A DNA stretch of 47,306 bases from the NCBI GenBank assembly GCA_025603075.1, contig MU626411.1, forward strand, positions 1 to 47,306, in the 5' to 3' direction. This stretch comes from Neoconidiobolus thromboides FSU 785. Taxonomy: Eukaryota > Fungi > Entomophthoromycota. The notes beneath the pieces were generated by a model. It ran no database searches. It was given only the letters and a program-made list of their open reading frames with translations, and had not been told where the DNA came from. This document shows, in pieces, positions 36,201 through 43,993 of this stretch (within the stretch, counting starts at the first letter, position 1; every line of letters starts with the position of its first letter). A program made the translations under genes and the position numbers.

Positions 36201-39200
36201 TATTTCAGTTGCTTTAGAAAAGGCCAAAGATAAAAAAGAAAAATCTGGTGGTCATTTAGTACTAGAACGTGGTTATGCTACCATTCCGCTTCCAGGTATC
36301 GATGTACCTTTCCACTCTCATTTCTTGTTAAGTGGTGTTGTTCCTTTCCGTACTTATATTCTTCAAAAAATTGATCCAAGTAACATTGATGTTGCTTTAC
36401 TTACTGGTAGATATATCCCTAATTTAACTGCTATTCCTTATAGAGTAGATAAAGAATACTTTGAATATGTTTATAAAATTACGAACAGTAGTAGAGTTAA
36501 CAAAGTACTTAAGAATTGGGATGATGAAGCTAACTTTAATCCAGCTCAATTGCAACAATTAGGTTATATTTTATTAGTCGAATTACTTGCATTCCAATTT
36601 GCTTCTCCAGTAAGATGGATTGAAACTCAAGATCAGTTATTTAAAGAATATGGTGTTGAAAGATTAATTGAAATTGGCCCATCCCCAACGCTTTCTGGTA
36701 TGGCTGATCGTACTCTTAAATTTAAATACGCTGCTTATGATGATGCCCTCAATTTACAACGTGCTTCCCTTTGCTTCTCTAAACACGAAAGGGAAATTTA
36801 TTATGCTGTTGAACCAGAAGAAGAAGGTACTCCTGATGCTACCGGAAACGAGGCTGCTCAAGTTGAAACTAAATCTGCACCTGCTTCTGCTGCTAACCCT
36901 GCTCCTGCTCCTGCTGCTGTATCAGTACCAAGAGGTCCAGCGGTTGCTTTAGATGATGTGCCAGTCAATGCAGTTGATGTACTCCATGTTATCATTGCTC
37001 AAAAACTCAAAAAAGAATTGAGTGCCATTCCATTATCTAAAGCGATTAAAGATTTAGTAGGTGGTAAGAGTACGTTACAAAATGAAATCCTTGGTGATTT
37101 GCAAAAAGAATTTGGTAACAATGTACCTGAAAAACCAGAAGAAACACCATTGGATGAACTTGGTGCTGCTTTGGCCCCTGGTTTTTCTGGTAATTTAGGA
37201 AAGCATACTTCTTCTTTAATTTCTAAATTGGCTGCTTCCAAGTTACCTGGTGGTTTTACTCAAAGTAATGCTCGTAGTTACCTTGGTTCCACTTATGGTT
37301 TAGGTCAAGGTCGTACCGATGCCACTCTCCTTATTGGTTTAACTCAAGAGCCAGCTACTCGTCTTGGTTCTGAACAAGACGCCAAAGCTTGGTTAGATTC
37401 TATTGCTCAAACCTATGCAGCTCATGCCAAAATCTCATTATCCTCTGGTGGTGGTAGTGATTCAGGTGCCGGTTCAGCAGGTGGTGTTGTAATCGATAGT
37501 GCCGAATTTAATGCCTTAACTAAGAAACAAAATGATCTTTATAAGCGCCAAATTCAGTTATTAGCTCAATATCTTGGTGAAGATCAATATATTACTACTA
37601 AATTATTGGATGCCGAAAAGACAAGAAGTGATACCTTGCAAAAAGAATTAGATCTCTTCCAAGCTGAACATGGCGATGAATATATTTCAAGTATCAAACC
37701 AGCATTTGATAGTAAGAAAGTCAGAGTCTATAACTCTTATTGGAATTGGTCACGTCAAGATGCTCTTAATCTTTATTATGATTTTGTCTTTGGAAATATT
37801 ACCGATGTTGATCGTGATATCACTGCACAATGTTTACACTTAATGAATCGTTCGGATCCTAGTTTAGTTGATTTCATGAAGTATTATATTGACAATTGTC
37901 CAGCTGAAAAAGGTGGCAATTATAAAACCACTAAAGAGTTTGGTAAATTATTAATTGAAAATGTTCAAGCTTCTTTAGAACATCCACCAGTTTATAAAGA
38001 TGTAACTTTCCCAATGGCTCCATCCACTCAAATCTCTGAAAAAGGAGATATTGTTTATAAAGAAATTCATCGTCCAGGTGTTAGAAAATTAGCTCATTAC
38101 GTTAAAGAAATGGCTAAAGGTTCTAGTCTAACTGAATTTAGTGGACGTCAACAAATTCAACAAAATCTTGGTCGTATGTTAAAGATTGTTCAACATCAAC
38201 CAAGAGTTAAAAAAGCATATAAAGAAGAAATTAAATATTTGTATACTGATGTCATGAGATCTTTAGCTTTAAATCAATCAGGTATTAAAGCTGAGAAAAC
38301 TTCAAAGATTCGTCGTTCTGTTAAACCAAATGGTATTAAAAAACAAGATGGCTCTAACAAAGAGTCATTACCTTTCCTTTTGCTTAAAAAGAAGGACCAT
38401 ATCCATGGTTGGGAATATAATACTAAACTTACTTCCATTTATCTTGAAGGTCTTAATGAAATGTGTAATTCTGGGTTATCTTTAGTCAACAAGAAAGTAT
38501 TAGTTACTGGTTGTGGACGTAAATCCATTGGTTCCGAAATTGTATGTTCCTTACTTTCTGGTGGTGCCCAAGTCATTGTCACTACTTCAAGATTTAATCG
38601 TTCTGCTACCAATTATTATCAAGGTTTATATCAACGTTATGGTGCCAAGGGTTCTTCTTTAATCGTATTACCATTTAATCAAGGCTCCAAACAAGATGTT
38701 GAAAATTTAGTTAATTATATTTATAATACTGATGAAAAAGTAGGCCTTAATTGGGATTTGGATTGCATTATTCCATTTGCTGCTGTACCTGAAAATGGCC
38801 GTGAAATTACGGATATTGATGGGAGATCAGAATTTGCTCATAGAGTCATGCTTACCAATTTATTGCGTTTATTAGGTTCTGTTAAAACTAAAAAACAAAG
38901 CCTTGGTTATCATACTCGACCAGCTCAAGTTATTGTACCATTATCACCTAATCATGGTATCTTTGGTTCCGACGGCCTTTATTCGGAATCTAAATTATCA
39001 CTAGAAAATTTAATGAACCGTTGGAAGTCAGAATCTTGGGGTAACTATCTTACTATTGTTGGTTGTGTCATTGGATGGACTCGTGGTACTGGTTTAATGG
39101 AGCAAAATAATATAGTTTGTGAAGGTTTAGAAAAATTCGGTGTTAGAACGTTTTCAGCTCAAGAAATGGCTTTTAATATCCTTGGTCTTCTACATCCAAA

Positions 39201-42156
39201 CGTAGTTGATCTGGCTCAAATTGACCCTGTTTGGGCTGATCTTAATGGTGGTTTCCAACAATTGCCTAACTTTAAACAAGTAATTACTACTTTACGTCAG
39301 CAAATTATGGAAACTGCTTCGACTCGTCAAGCTATTTCTACTGATAACGCAATTGATTTTAATATTGTTAATGGTCCTAATGCATCTAAATCTTATCAAA
39401 CTCGTACCTCAGTGCCTCGTGCTAACATTAAGGTCAATTTCCCTGAACTTAAACCCTACGATCAAATTAAACAAATACAAAATTTACAAGGTATGTTAGA
39501 CCTAGAAAAAGTAGTTGTTGTTACTGGATTTTCTGAAGTTGGACCATGGGGTAATTCACGTACTCGTTGGGAAATGGAAGCTTATGGAGAATTTTCTCTT
39601 GAAGGTTGTATCGAAATGGCTTGGATTATGGGCTTAATTAAACATCATAATGGACCATTAAAGACAGGTGGCCAATATACTGGTTGGGTAGATGCTAAAA
39701 CTAATGTACCAGTACCAGATAATGAAGTCAAGAAATTGTATGAAGAAAAGATATTAGAACATTCTGGTATTCGATTAATTGAACCTGAGCTGTTCCATGG
39801 TTATGATCCAAATTCTCGTCCATTATTACGTGAAGTTGTTATTGATCATGATTTGGAACCAATGGAAGTAAGTGCTGAAGAAGCTCAACACTTTAAACAT
39901 AAACACGGCGATAAAGTAGAAGTCTATGAAATTAAAGAAACTGGTTCTTGGTTAGTTCGTTTCCGTAAAGGCTCTGCTATTTATGTACCAAAAGCATTAC
40001 GTCATGATCGTTTAGTTGCTGGTCAAATACCAACTGGTTGGGATCCACTTCGATATGGTATACCAGAAGATATTGTAAATCAAGTAGATCGAATTACTTT
40101 ATTTGTACTTGTTTCTACGGTTGAAGCTTTAGTTGCTTCTGGTATTACCGATCCTTATGAATTTTATAAATATGTTCATGTAACTGAAGTTGGCAATACT
40201 GCTGGTTCTGGTATGGGTGGTATGGTTAGTTTACGTCGTATGTACAAAGAGCGTTTCACAGATCAACCAGTTCAAATGGATATTTTACAAGAAACTTTTA
40301 TTAATACTATGCCTGCTTGGGTCAATTTATTATTATTATCTTCTTCAGGACCAATTAAAACACCTGTTGGTGCTTGTGCTACTGCTGTTGAATCGGTTGA
40401 AATTGGTGTCGATACTATTATGAGTGGTAAAGCTAAAGTAGTTATTGTTGGTGGTTATGATGATTTCCATGAAGAAGGGTCCACTGAATTCGCTAACATG
40501 AAGGCTACTTCTAACTCTATTGAAGAATTTGCTAAGGGACGTACACCAAGAGAAATGTCTCGACCAACTACTACTACTCGCTCAGGATTTATGGAATCTC
40601 AAGGTTCCGGTATTGAAATTTTAATGAATGCCAAACTTGCTATTGAAATGGGCGTGCCAATTTATGGTATTGTTGCACTTACCAATACTGCCACTGATAA
40701 AGAAGGCCGTTCTGTTCCAGCACCAGGCCAAGGCATATTGACTACTGCTCGTGAATGCCCAGGTCAGTTTAAATCACCTTTACTCGATATCAAATATCGC
40801 CAACGTCAAATTGAATATGCTCGTACTCAAATTAAAGCTTGGGTTGAAAAAGAATACTCGGAACTTAAATTTGAAGTAGAAAATCTTAAAGCTAATGGTC
40901 AACTTGATGCTGAAACTGAAAAACAGTTTATTAAAGAAAGAACAGAATACATTGCTAAAGAAAGTGCCCGTCAAGAGAAACAATCTCTTAACCAATGGGG
41001 TAATGAATTTTATAAACAAGATCCAACTATTTCTCCACTACGCGGTGCGCTTGCTTCCTTTGGTTTAACCGTGGATGATATTGGTGTTGCTTCTTTCCAT
41101 GGCACTTCCACTAAAGCTAATGATAAAAATGAAAGTGAAGTTGTTGATAAACAATTAAAACATCTTGGCCGTAGTAAGGGTAATGCTTTACCTGGTATTT
41201 TCCAAAAATACCTTACTGGTCATCCAAAGGGTGCAGCAGCTGCTTGGATGTTTAATGGTGTTATGCAAGTATTGCAAACAGGTATTATTCCTGGTAATCG
41301 TAATGCGGATAATATTGATAATGTACTCAAATCTTATGAATATGTATTGTTCCCATCCCGCTCTATTCATACCGATGGTGTCAAAGCCGGTTTACTTAAA
41401 TCTTTTGGTTTTGGCCAAGTTGGTGGAGAAGTACTAGTTATTCACCCAGATTATTTATTCACTGCCCTTAGTGAAATTGAATACAATAGTTATAAAGTTA
41501 AGAATGCTGGTCGTCAAGCTGCTTCTTATCGTTATTTCCATGATTCTATTACTGGTGCTGCTGGTTTAGTTCAGGTTAAAAATGAAGCTCCTTATTCTAA
41601 TGAACTTGAATCTCAAGTTTATCTTAATCCAGTAGCTCGTGCTTCTTATGATAAATCAAAAAAGAGTTATCGTTTTACAGATGCTAAATCAAAAGTTCAA
41701 GTTCCAACTACAGATGCTGAATTAACTCAAAATATACTTTCTTCTATTCAGACTATTGATGGTACTAATGAAAAAGGAGTTGGAGTTGATGTTGAATTAA
41801 TATCAGCTATTAATATTGATAACGATACTTTTATTGAACGTAATTATACTGTTGAAGAAATCCATTACTGTCATTCAAGACCAGATCCAAATTCCAGTTT
41901 CGCTGGTAAATGGGCAGCAAAAGAAGCTGTTATTAAAGCCATTTCTTCTTTCTCTCTTAATTCAGAACCGGTTTGGACTCAAGGTGCAGGTGCGCCATTA
42001 AAAGATATTGAAATCGTTATTGCTGAATCCAATGCTCCTAAAGTAATTCTTCATAATGAAGCTGCCCAAGCAGCTGCTAAGGTGAATGTAACTGAAATTA
42101 AGGTTTCTATCTCTCACTCAGGCCAATATGCTGTAGCTATGGCAGTAGCTAAATAA
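30295..42156 (+). CDS. FAS: Single-chain fungal type I fatty acid synthase (fused beta+alpha: AT-ER-DH-MPT-ACP-KR-KS-PPT), 3953 aa, intronless
   Basis: AT GATGHSQG; ER GGRAGGHHS; DH DLNPIH...PGTITHGMW; MPT FAGHSLGEY; ACP GGKSTLQNE; KR VTGCGRKSIG and YSESK; KS PVGACATA, FHGTST, TGHPKG; PPT GVGVDVE and WAAKEAVIK. Confidence 0.97.
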   Translation: MALRSRQHSFSAGLQASRPLNIKNNSVEVSILFSNEIWNSAEQLREEFSLQPLPETILPEELSPIELIALFLSFAVDRAETDDIQSFYPVVRVVFFHLRDVFLKKNDVHSATKQLPLANRNVIIQAYFYALSVLRKEGILFGDDCPAPSSALFTASRRKDAALFAVFGGQGNSEEYFDELIELFSLYEGIVRPFITKMSSILRSHALSTEATAFHSKGLNVIRWLENPEARPDVPYLVSAPVSLPMIGLIQLTHYLVAMKVLDMSPDQLRNHFHGATGHSQGIISAVVIASSSNEESFYENAEKALGLLFWIGTRSQQIYPQVTLNPTILKDSISNGEGNPSVMLAIYNLRLAEVQKYVEATNQHLPKDRQIYINLINGPRSIICVGHPQSLHGLNLTLRKIKAPSGLDQSRVPHSQRKQKFSSRFLPITAPFHSEYLVKAPERIAQDIAKFNLEFRSKDLAIPILSTLNGKDLRNSETLTEDLVKLICVHPINWEKATDVSSLTHVIDFGPGGTSGIGGLTYRNKEGTGVQVILAGTLQGGNQHLSYKADLFDNDPTAVKYSPNWGEAFRPKLAKISSTGKILVDTRFSRLIGKAPLMVAGMTPCTVPSKFVSAVINAGYHVELAGGGHFSEEMFRDKIKDIMTKIQPGESITVNILFLNAFQWGFQFPLVQKMKQEGYPIEGICCAAGTPSPDVANDIVSQIKNAGLKHISFKPGSVSAIRQVIQIAVNNPDMPIIMQWTGGRAGGHHSFEDFHQPILETYASIRQQSNIILIAGSGFGSHEDTLPYITGEWSGVYDYPSMPFDGVLFGSRVMVAAESEAADEVKALIVNAPGVEDKDWENTYTRETGGILTVKSELGEPIHKVANRGIRFWKEMDDTIFTLPKNKRQAVLDNKKDYIIKRLNADFQKVWFGKKADGNPADLQDMTYAEVVNRLVELTYINHQQRWIDVSLRRFVGDFMVRLEERFISTKKASLLQDYNQIQQPHEFVKSFLEAYPESSKQLLTTEDIQYFLSQCLRRDQKPVPFIPVLDSNLEFWFKKDSLWQSEDLQAVPEQDVERAAILHGPIAAKHSTEYNVPVKDILDGIHNGHIQSLLNKYYNGDESSIPTIEYIGGTQNNYPEYVPKDVLAITDPVNPDIIVYETSASGALPSTEAWLELISGPKEGWLRAILTSPLIVQGNMTVKNPLLKVFRPRRNQKVTIQFANNNNHSLKVYEGTGKNSRLAIKAEINGDKQIDVTFFEKKGAEEVALTFPYLYKPEQGYAPIHEVMEGRNDRIKKFYYNLWFGSDEYDSISNDPNFEFIAQGEKVSREEISKFCQAVGNQAELYVDRGQDILTAPVDFAIVVGWKSIIKAIFPKFIDGDLLKLVHLSNGFRLFENVRPLQSGDVVDTHAKITALVNNESGKLVQVKGTVKRDGVDVMEVNSQFLYRGKFTDFEHTFRNSDEIPMEIVLPTSREIAVLKSKSWFIWERNDVHLTPGSTLTFRLNTHSKFKSTNVYSELKTTGSVFMQIPTKEVVKVASVNYISGESHGNPVIEYLKRLGQSIDQATLFENGGYSVMPKGDDFNSSVQTPSSNFSYAQVSQDLNPIHVNPYFADLADLPGTITHGMWSSASTRKFVETFAADNHPLRVTAYDVSFQGMVLPGDQLTTNLFHIGMQEGKKIIKVETINQHGDKVLAGTAEVEQPSTAYVFTGQGSQEVGMGMALYDSSPVARKIWDQADSHYLKNYGFSILDIVRNNPKEHTIHFGGSEGKAIRKNYISMTYDKVDEDGTVRTYPIFPQINERSTSFTFISPNGLLSATQFTQPALTLMEKAAFEDMKAKGLIQRGCPFAGHSLGEYAALAAIGKVLHVDAVADLVFYRGMTMQSAVQRDSLGRSNFGMVAVNPSRVSKSLNETYLKYVVDAIAHQSAGLLQIVNYNVENWQYVVSGELTNLETLANVLNYMKSSNIDLANLMKTMTLDQVKEHLTSIISVALEKAKDKKEKSGGHLVLERGYATIPLPGIDVPFHSHFLLSGVVPFRTYILQKIDPSNIDVALLTGRYIPNLTAIPYRVDKEYFEYVYKITNSSRVNKVLKNWDDEANFNPAQLQQLGYILLVELLAFQFASPVRWIETQDQLFKEYGVERLIEIGPSPTLSGMADRTLKFKYAAYDDALNLQRASLCFSKHEREIYYAVEPEEEGTPDATGNEAAQVETKSAPASAANPAPAPAAVSVPRGPAVALDDVPVNAVDVLHVIIAQKLKKELSAIPLSKAIKDLVGGKSTLQNEILGDLQKEFGNNVPEKPEETPLDELGAALAPGFSGNLGKHTSSLISKLAASKLPGGFTQSNARSYLGSTYGLGQGRTDATLLIGLTQEPATRLGSEQDAKAWLDSIAQTYAAHAKISLSSGGGSDSGAGSAGGVVIDSAEFNALTKKQNDLYKRQIQLLAQYLGEDQYITTKLLDAEKTRSDTLQKELDLFQAEHGDEYISSIKPAFDSKKVRVYNSYWNWSRQDALNLYYDFVFGNITDVDRDITAQCLHLMNRSDPSLVDFMKYYIDNCPAEKGGNYKTTKEFGKLLIENVQASLEHPPVYKDVTFPMAPSTQISEKGDIVYKEIHRPGVRKLAHYVKEMAKGSSLTEFSGRQQIQQNLGRMLKIVQHQPRVKKAYKEEIKYLYTDVMRSLALNQSGIKAEKTSKIRRSVKPNGIKKQDGSNKESLPFLLLKKKDHIHGWEYNTKLTSIYLEGLNEMCNSGLSLVNKKVLVTGCGRKSIGSEIVCSLLSGGAQVIVTTSRFNRSATNYYQGLYQRYGAKGSSLIVLPFNQGSKQDVENLVNYIYNTDEKVGLNWDLDCIIPFAAVPENGREITDIDGRSEFAHRVMLTNLLRLLGSVKTKKQSLGYHTRPAQVIVPLSPNHGIFGSDGLYSESKLSLENLMNRWKSESWGNYLTIVGCVIGWTRGTGLMEQNNIVCEGLEKFGVRTFSAQEMAFNILGLLHPNVVDLAQIDPVWADLNGGFQQLPNFKQVITTLRQQIMETASTRQAISTDNAIDFNIVNGPNASKSYQTRTSVPRANIKVNFPELKPYDQIKQIQNLQGMLDLEKVVVVTGFSEVGPWGNSRTRWEMEAYGEFSLEGCIEMAWIMGLIKHHNGPLKTGGQYTGWVDAKTNVPVPDNEVKKLYEEKILEHSGIRLIEPELFHGYDPNSRPLLREVVIDHDLEPMEVSAEEAQHFKHKHGDKVEVYEIKETGSWLVRFRKGSAIYVPKALRHDRLVAGQIPTGWDPLRYGIPEDIVNQVDRITLFVLVSTVEALVASGITDPYEFYKYVHVTEVGNTAGSGMGGMVSLRRMYKERFTDQPVQMDILQETFINTMPAWVNLLLLSSSGPIKTPVGACATAVESVEIGVDTIMSGKAKVVIVGGYDDFHEEGSTEFANMKATSNSIEEFAKGRTPREMSRPTTTTRSGFMESQGSGIEILMNAKLAIEMGVPIYGIVALTNTATDKEGRSVPAPGQGILTTARECPGQFKSPLLDIKYRQRQIEYARTQIKAWVEKEYSELKFEVENLKANGQLDAETEKQFIKERTEYIAKESARQEKQSLNQWGNEFYKQDPTISPLRGALASFGLTVDDIGVASFHGTSTKANDKNESEVVDKQLKHLGRSKGNALPGIFQKYLTGHPKGAAAAWMFNGVMQVLQTGIIPGNRNADNIDNVLKSYEYVLFPSRSIHTDGVKAGLLKSFGFGQVGGEVLVIHPDYLFTALSEIEYNSYKVKNAGRQAASYRYFHDSITGAAGLVQVKNEAPYSNELESQVYLNPVARASYDKSKKSYRFTDAKSKVQVPTTDAELTQNILSSIQTIDGTNEKGVGVDVELISAINIDNDTFIERNYTVEEIHYCHSRPDPNSSFAGKWAAKEAVIKAISSFSLNSEPVWTQGAGAPLKDIEIVIAESNAPKVILHNEAAQAAAKVNVTEIKVSISHSGQYAVAMAVAK

Positions 42157-42904
42157 GCAGTTATTTTAAAGAAAAAAAAACTTTAATTGATTGTTTTTGT
42201 TTAGCTTTTATTTTTTTGTTAATTGTTAACATGGATGTTGAATTGTTATAATTTAACTCCATTTTTTTTCCTAAAATAATTTTTTCCTCCTTTATTTCTT
42301 TTGAATATTAAAATTGAGTACACACTTTTTAAATTATTAGTTTCTAATAATATTTACTACCTATCATTAGTTTTACAATAATTTAATAATATATCATTGA
42401 AGATATTAAAGGAATTTTATAGTTGATGAGCTAAATATTTTTTAGTATTTATAGTAATTGATTCTTTAATGTTATTAACATCTAATGATAATTGGTTAGT
42501 TTTATTGATTCATTTATTTTTACATCTTTATAAATTTACAATAGATTTATTAAAAATCTATACAATCTCTCTATATTAACTTGAAATTTAGTTAAACAAT
42601 AAGACTTCATCTTTTTATATTCTCACTTAAATATTCTTTTACTTTTTAATAAACTAATACAACTGAACTTTTGATACTATAAAAATAAGTTTATTTTATG
42701 TTAAATTCTATTGTTAAACATTAACTATTTACTTCTTTATATTCATATATATTTACTATTAAACTATTGATTTCTTATCAAATAATGTTTCTAAAAGCTA
42801 TCCATTTTAAAAAACTTTAACTTTAATTAGGAACATTCAAGTAAAATCCTTAATTCTTTATTTTTCTCTTTTCATTTTTCATTTTATTTAAAATAAGTTA
42901 TAAA

Positions 42905-43549
42905 ATGGATTCATTAATAGTCGAAGATATGCGAGAAATTGGCACCTTACAAATCAATGAATTTCAACAGAAGGAAGGGAGATTAATAGAATTTAAAATA
43001 TACAAATCACATTTTAAATATTGTTTAATAATGGATTATACTCAGTATTTGCCCTTACAAAATATTACTAAAAAAGAAAAAGAAAGTTTGTTAAATGAAT
43101 TAATTATAAAAATATATTCGGAAACCTTTACAAAAGCTGTAGCAGTTGAACAGAATTTAAAGCAGAACCTAATTTTGTTTAGTTTTAAGACAGTAGATGA
43201 TTTATATGATCAATATATTCCAATATTATCTCATTTTCAACAAATAAAATGTACTATTGCTTATCAATTAAGTGAATATGTTTATTTTATAAAAAATTTC
43301 AATTTACCAGGTACAATTAACGGGTTTGATTTAGAAGATATATTTATTAAACATTATTCGGAATATGGCCATGTTTCTTTTTGTAAACATCATTTATTTA
43401 ATCAATCTACTTTATATTCCAATTTTGTTACTGTTGTATTAATTGCCAATAATAAATTAAATGAAGATAAATTAAAATTGGAACCCTTTTATATTGATGA
43501 TATACTTATTAAAATGGAGTTTATGGAATTGAATTTAGTACTTAATTGA
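42905..43549 (+). CDS. Hypothetical 214-aa protein with RRM-like pattern reminiscent of non-LTR retrotransposon ORF1p
   Basis: An intact 645-nt ORF in very AT-rich flanks. FIKNFNLP...IFIKHYSEYGHV.FC......STLYSNFVTVVL resembles the LP...(F/Y)G.V.......G...VL RRM-like segment of LINE ORF1 proteins. This is pattern recall, not a search. Confidence 0.5.
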   Translation: MDSLIVEDMREIGTLQINEFQQKEGRLIEFKIYKSHFKYCLIMDYTQYLPLQNITKKEKESLLNELIIKIYSETFTKAVAVEQNLKQNLILFSFKTVDDLYDQYIPILSHFQQIKCTIAYQLSEYVYFIKNFNLPGTINGFDLEDIFIKHYSEYGHVSFCKHHLFNQSTLYSNFVTVVLIANNKLNEDKLKLEPFYIDDILIKMEFMELNLVLN

Positions 43550-43993
43550 AACAAAGTTTAAATGTTAATATATTAATAATAAGTTGAGGCATGAAATATT
43601 ATAACTAATATATCTTTTATTCTTATAATCTCAACGGTTTTTTGGTATGTGAAAGATTTTAAATGAGACTATTAAATCAAAGTTTGAGTCAATTTTTATT
43701 ATTATAATATTTCTAATAAATGATAAATTAGGATTCAAACTAATTTCTAATTAGATTTAATTTCTTTTCAATTATTTTATCATTTTGTATAATGGTATTT
43801 TATTATACTAATACTTCTATCTTTATATATTTGTTTGTTTATACAGCTTAATTTTGATTATTATTACATTTTAACATTATTTGGAACAATCTTCGGGGTA
43901 GTTAATTAGTAAAAATACTTTGTAGATTCTGATTGGGGCTTCCATTTTTCGATATAAAATTTTAATTTCAAGTATAGAATTGTTATTTTAATT

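Noticed and set aside
30312-42001. Many short ORFs overlapping FAS (also those inside the SUN, PH and transporter genes)
   Set aside because: These are antisense or alternate-frame shadows of long codon-biased genes, with no independent evidence.
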